Assembly: GCF_018977255.1 (NCBI RefSeq)
Contig: NW_024704742.1
Coordinates: forward strand, 2,916,001-2,980,000
Length of the DNA: 64,000 nucleotides
Source: Callorhinchus milii
Lineage: Eukaryota
Direction: 5' to 3'
Shown piece by piece: positions 61,834-64,000 of this stretch. The notes below the pieces were generated by a model that made no database searches, was not told the DNA's origin, and saw only the letters and a program-made list of their open reading frames with translations. How positions within the stretch are numbered: the stretch's first letter is position 1; every line of letters starts with the position of its first letter. The position numbers and the translations under genes are program-made.

Positions 61834-62165
61834 GCAGGCGAGAGGACCCGGGTTCGATTCCCAGGCAGGGCCAAACCCTCGACAAGTTTCCTCACCGCAC
61901 ACGCCTCTGTTTACCGAGATTTAAGTAGGAACCAGTTCGTTAGTCGATTGGCAGATCGCTCTCCAAAGGTAATCATCCCTCAAAAAATGATTTGGTCACT
62001 CAATCCACGACTGTTTCTGGGACACTATTGTTGTAATTGGCTATCGCATTCAGCCCACAAAATACACAGTCAAATCCCTTTACAGTATACTCTGCGAAGC
62101 GCTTTGAGATGTCTCAACAATGTGATAAGACGCTATATCAAATGCAAGGATTATTGTTATTATTA
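61834..62165 (+). mobile_element. tRNA-SINE long subfamily, slightly 5'-truncated
   Basis: gcgagaggacccgggttcgattccc B box, internal segment, family tail. Confidence 0.9.
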
Positions 62166-62971
62166 CGATAAATTGGGTTGTTGCTGCCATTTTGCAAGCT
62201 TCACATTTTTATGGATTCTCCTAAAGGGAGAGAGGTTAACCTAGTGAAGACACATGGACCCAATATCAATACTGTGCATCAGCCAAGCAATTTGAATTAC
62301 AAACAATAATGCGTTGATGGGAGAGGGAAATGGTGGTTGCCAACCATTAAGATATTAGTCGATTTGTATTCACCCATGGTGACTATTATTATTACTTTCT
62401 TGTTCTCTGTTTGTCATTTATCTACGATTATCTTTTAATTCAAAATGTGCATTCTAAACCACGAAACGCAATGGGCAGATTTGCAAAACCAAGATTGCAC
62501 GAGGAAAACTCATTAAATGAAAAGATTTAAAGTGCGTATTAACTCGAGAAACAGCTCAGCCTAATCATGGTAAATAGCTGTATTATTCCAATACGTTCTC
62601 TCAGAAACATACCCGACTTCATCTTGCTGCCAACTGCTTCTTCACTGGAGCTCTGTGCCTACCTGCCAACTTTTCCATCAAATCGCTCGTCCAACACACC
62701 TCCCTTCCCGCTTCCATCATACTAATGCAATCTCTATCAATCATCCCCCCCAAAAACATCAGCGACTGTCTTTGTGACACAAACAACGCCAGCAGCTGTG
62801 ATGTGTGATATCTATGTGTTCCCCGTAGTCAGGTATCAATTTGAATGTTCAGCAAATCTAACCTTTTATCCTTGTCCACGCAGAGGCAGTCAACAGTCCT
62901 CATGGCAACAAAGCAAAGAGATGCATCGAACATGTTCTGTGTCCACATTCTTTATTGTGTTGACAAAAATC

Positions 62972-63540
62972 CTTTTTTTGTTGTTATCTGACACATGCGG
63001 GAAAACCATGATCGTGCTTAAGAGTGTCCTCACCAGACTGAGGGTTCCACACATGTACCCCACCTGTACTTGGAAGTTTCCCTGTGTCTGGAATGGAATG
63101 CGCACTTTCCTCCTTGGAGCGATGGATCCTGTTTACCTAAATCTGGAGAGAGTGAGGCGCAGGTTGATAAGAGCCAAGGCTCTAGGACTTCAGAGTATAC
63201 ATTGGGGTTCATGCTGGAGCCTATTCCAACTAAAACCGTGTAGCTTGCCACTGAAAGCACTCTGTGGCAAGCTTCCCGCTGCTTGTCCAGCTACGACCAC
63301 CCAACCTGTTAGGGGTTTGGTTTACAGGGTTAACAGGAGCTTAATGGGAAGAATCCCGGCCCCAAATGACTGGTCTGCCCCTTCGAGCAGTGCCAATGAG
63401 CCAAGCTGGCTGTGCTGTCATCAGCAGCGCCCTGGAGTACTGTAGACCTGGCTGGCTAAGGAACTGCTAGAAGGTTGGACATACCATTGCCAAGCACATC
63501 AACTTGGAGCCAGTTCAGCTCCAAGAAGCTCCCATTCCCC
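62972..63540 (-). repeat. Unclassified interspersed repeat, long copy (copy 5 of 5)
   Basis: Antisense homologue of 50135-50700; contains the perfect 10-bp stem agcttgccac...gtggcaagct. Confidence 0.85.
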
Positions 63541-63860
63541 CCGCTCGTAGCCCCCCAACCATTCCCCCCCCCCCCACAACCAACTCCAAGAAGCATAGCA
63601 CAAATAAAAATATGTCCCGTGTTGTTTTAGGTAGAAAAAAGTTTCAGTTGTGGAGTAAGGGAGTTAAGTAACATGTCTCCTCGGGCTCATGTGGGCAATG
63701 GATTTATCATGTTAAGTATTTGTCATTTGTCATTCTGAACTTTTGACGTGTTCTTCTTAGAGCCAGCTGGAATGGCTACATCCTTAATACCTCGGGCGCT
63801 TTCCAAATGCAAAGCACTACCTTGAAAAAGCAATCTACCAGGACCTTTGTTAACTGTTTG

Positions 63861-63992
63861 CAGGAGATTATCCTTTGCTTGTTGGTAAATTTACCAACCT
63901 TTACTGTTGTGCGCTTTTAATGGGATTTCAGTTTGTAAACAGATATGACCAAAGGTCAGTAAATTTACTAACACGTGAAGGAAAATCCCCTG
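63861..63992. mobile_element. Short MITE-like element with ~42-bp imperfect terminal inverted repeats
   Basis: Left caggagattatcctttgcttgttggtaaatttaccaaccttt vs reverse complement of right end caggggattttccttcacgtgttagtaaatttactgaccttt (8 mismatches). Confidence 0.65.
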
Positions 63993-64000
63993 ACTATCCT

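Noticed and set aside
62774..63445. Longest ORF in the track (223 aa) as a gene
   Set aside because: Non-ATG start, no recognisable domain, and it lies antisense over the unclassified repeat; the homologous copy at 50.1-50.7 kb is frameshifted
1..64000. CRISPR array or prokaryotic-type operon/defence system
   Set aside because: No regularly spaced repeat-spacer structure and no gene-dense coding; the sequence is vertebrate repeat-rich non-coding DNA

Overview
Non-coding vertebrate DNA (large intron or gene desert). The repeat content points to a cartilaginous fish, probably a holocephalan such as Callorhinchus; this is inferred from recalled SINE/LINE consensus sequences, not a database search. 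I found no convincing host protein-coding exon, tRNA/rRNA gene or CRISPR array, and the ORF track is mostly chance ORFs or read-through of repeats. The window is dominated by retroposon debris. (1) A tRNA-derived SINE with an L2-type 3' tail, in a young short subfamily (three near-identical copies) and an older long subfamily. (2) Many old Deu-domain (SacSINE1/AmnSINE1-like) SINEs. (3) L2 and CR1 LINE 3' ends and decayed ORF2 fragments. (4) A Gypsy RNase H remnant. (5) An older diverged SINE-like family. (6) An unclassified ~570-bp family seen five times with a shared structured 3' end. (7) A small TIR element. The most notable observations are the unclassified family, three local templated or fold-back insertion scars, a possible LF-SINE-like remnant and several repeat-free CNE-like blocks. 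Boundaries of old repeats are approximate (tens of bp). I found no evidence of a complete novel biological system.
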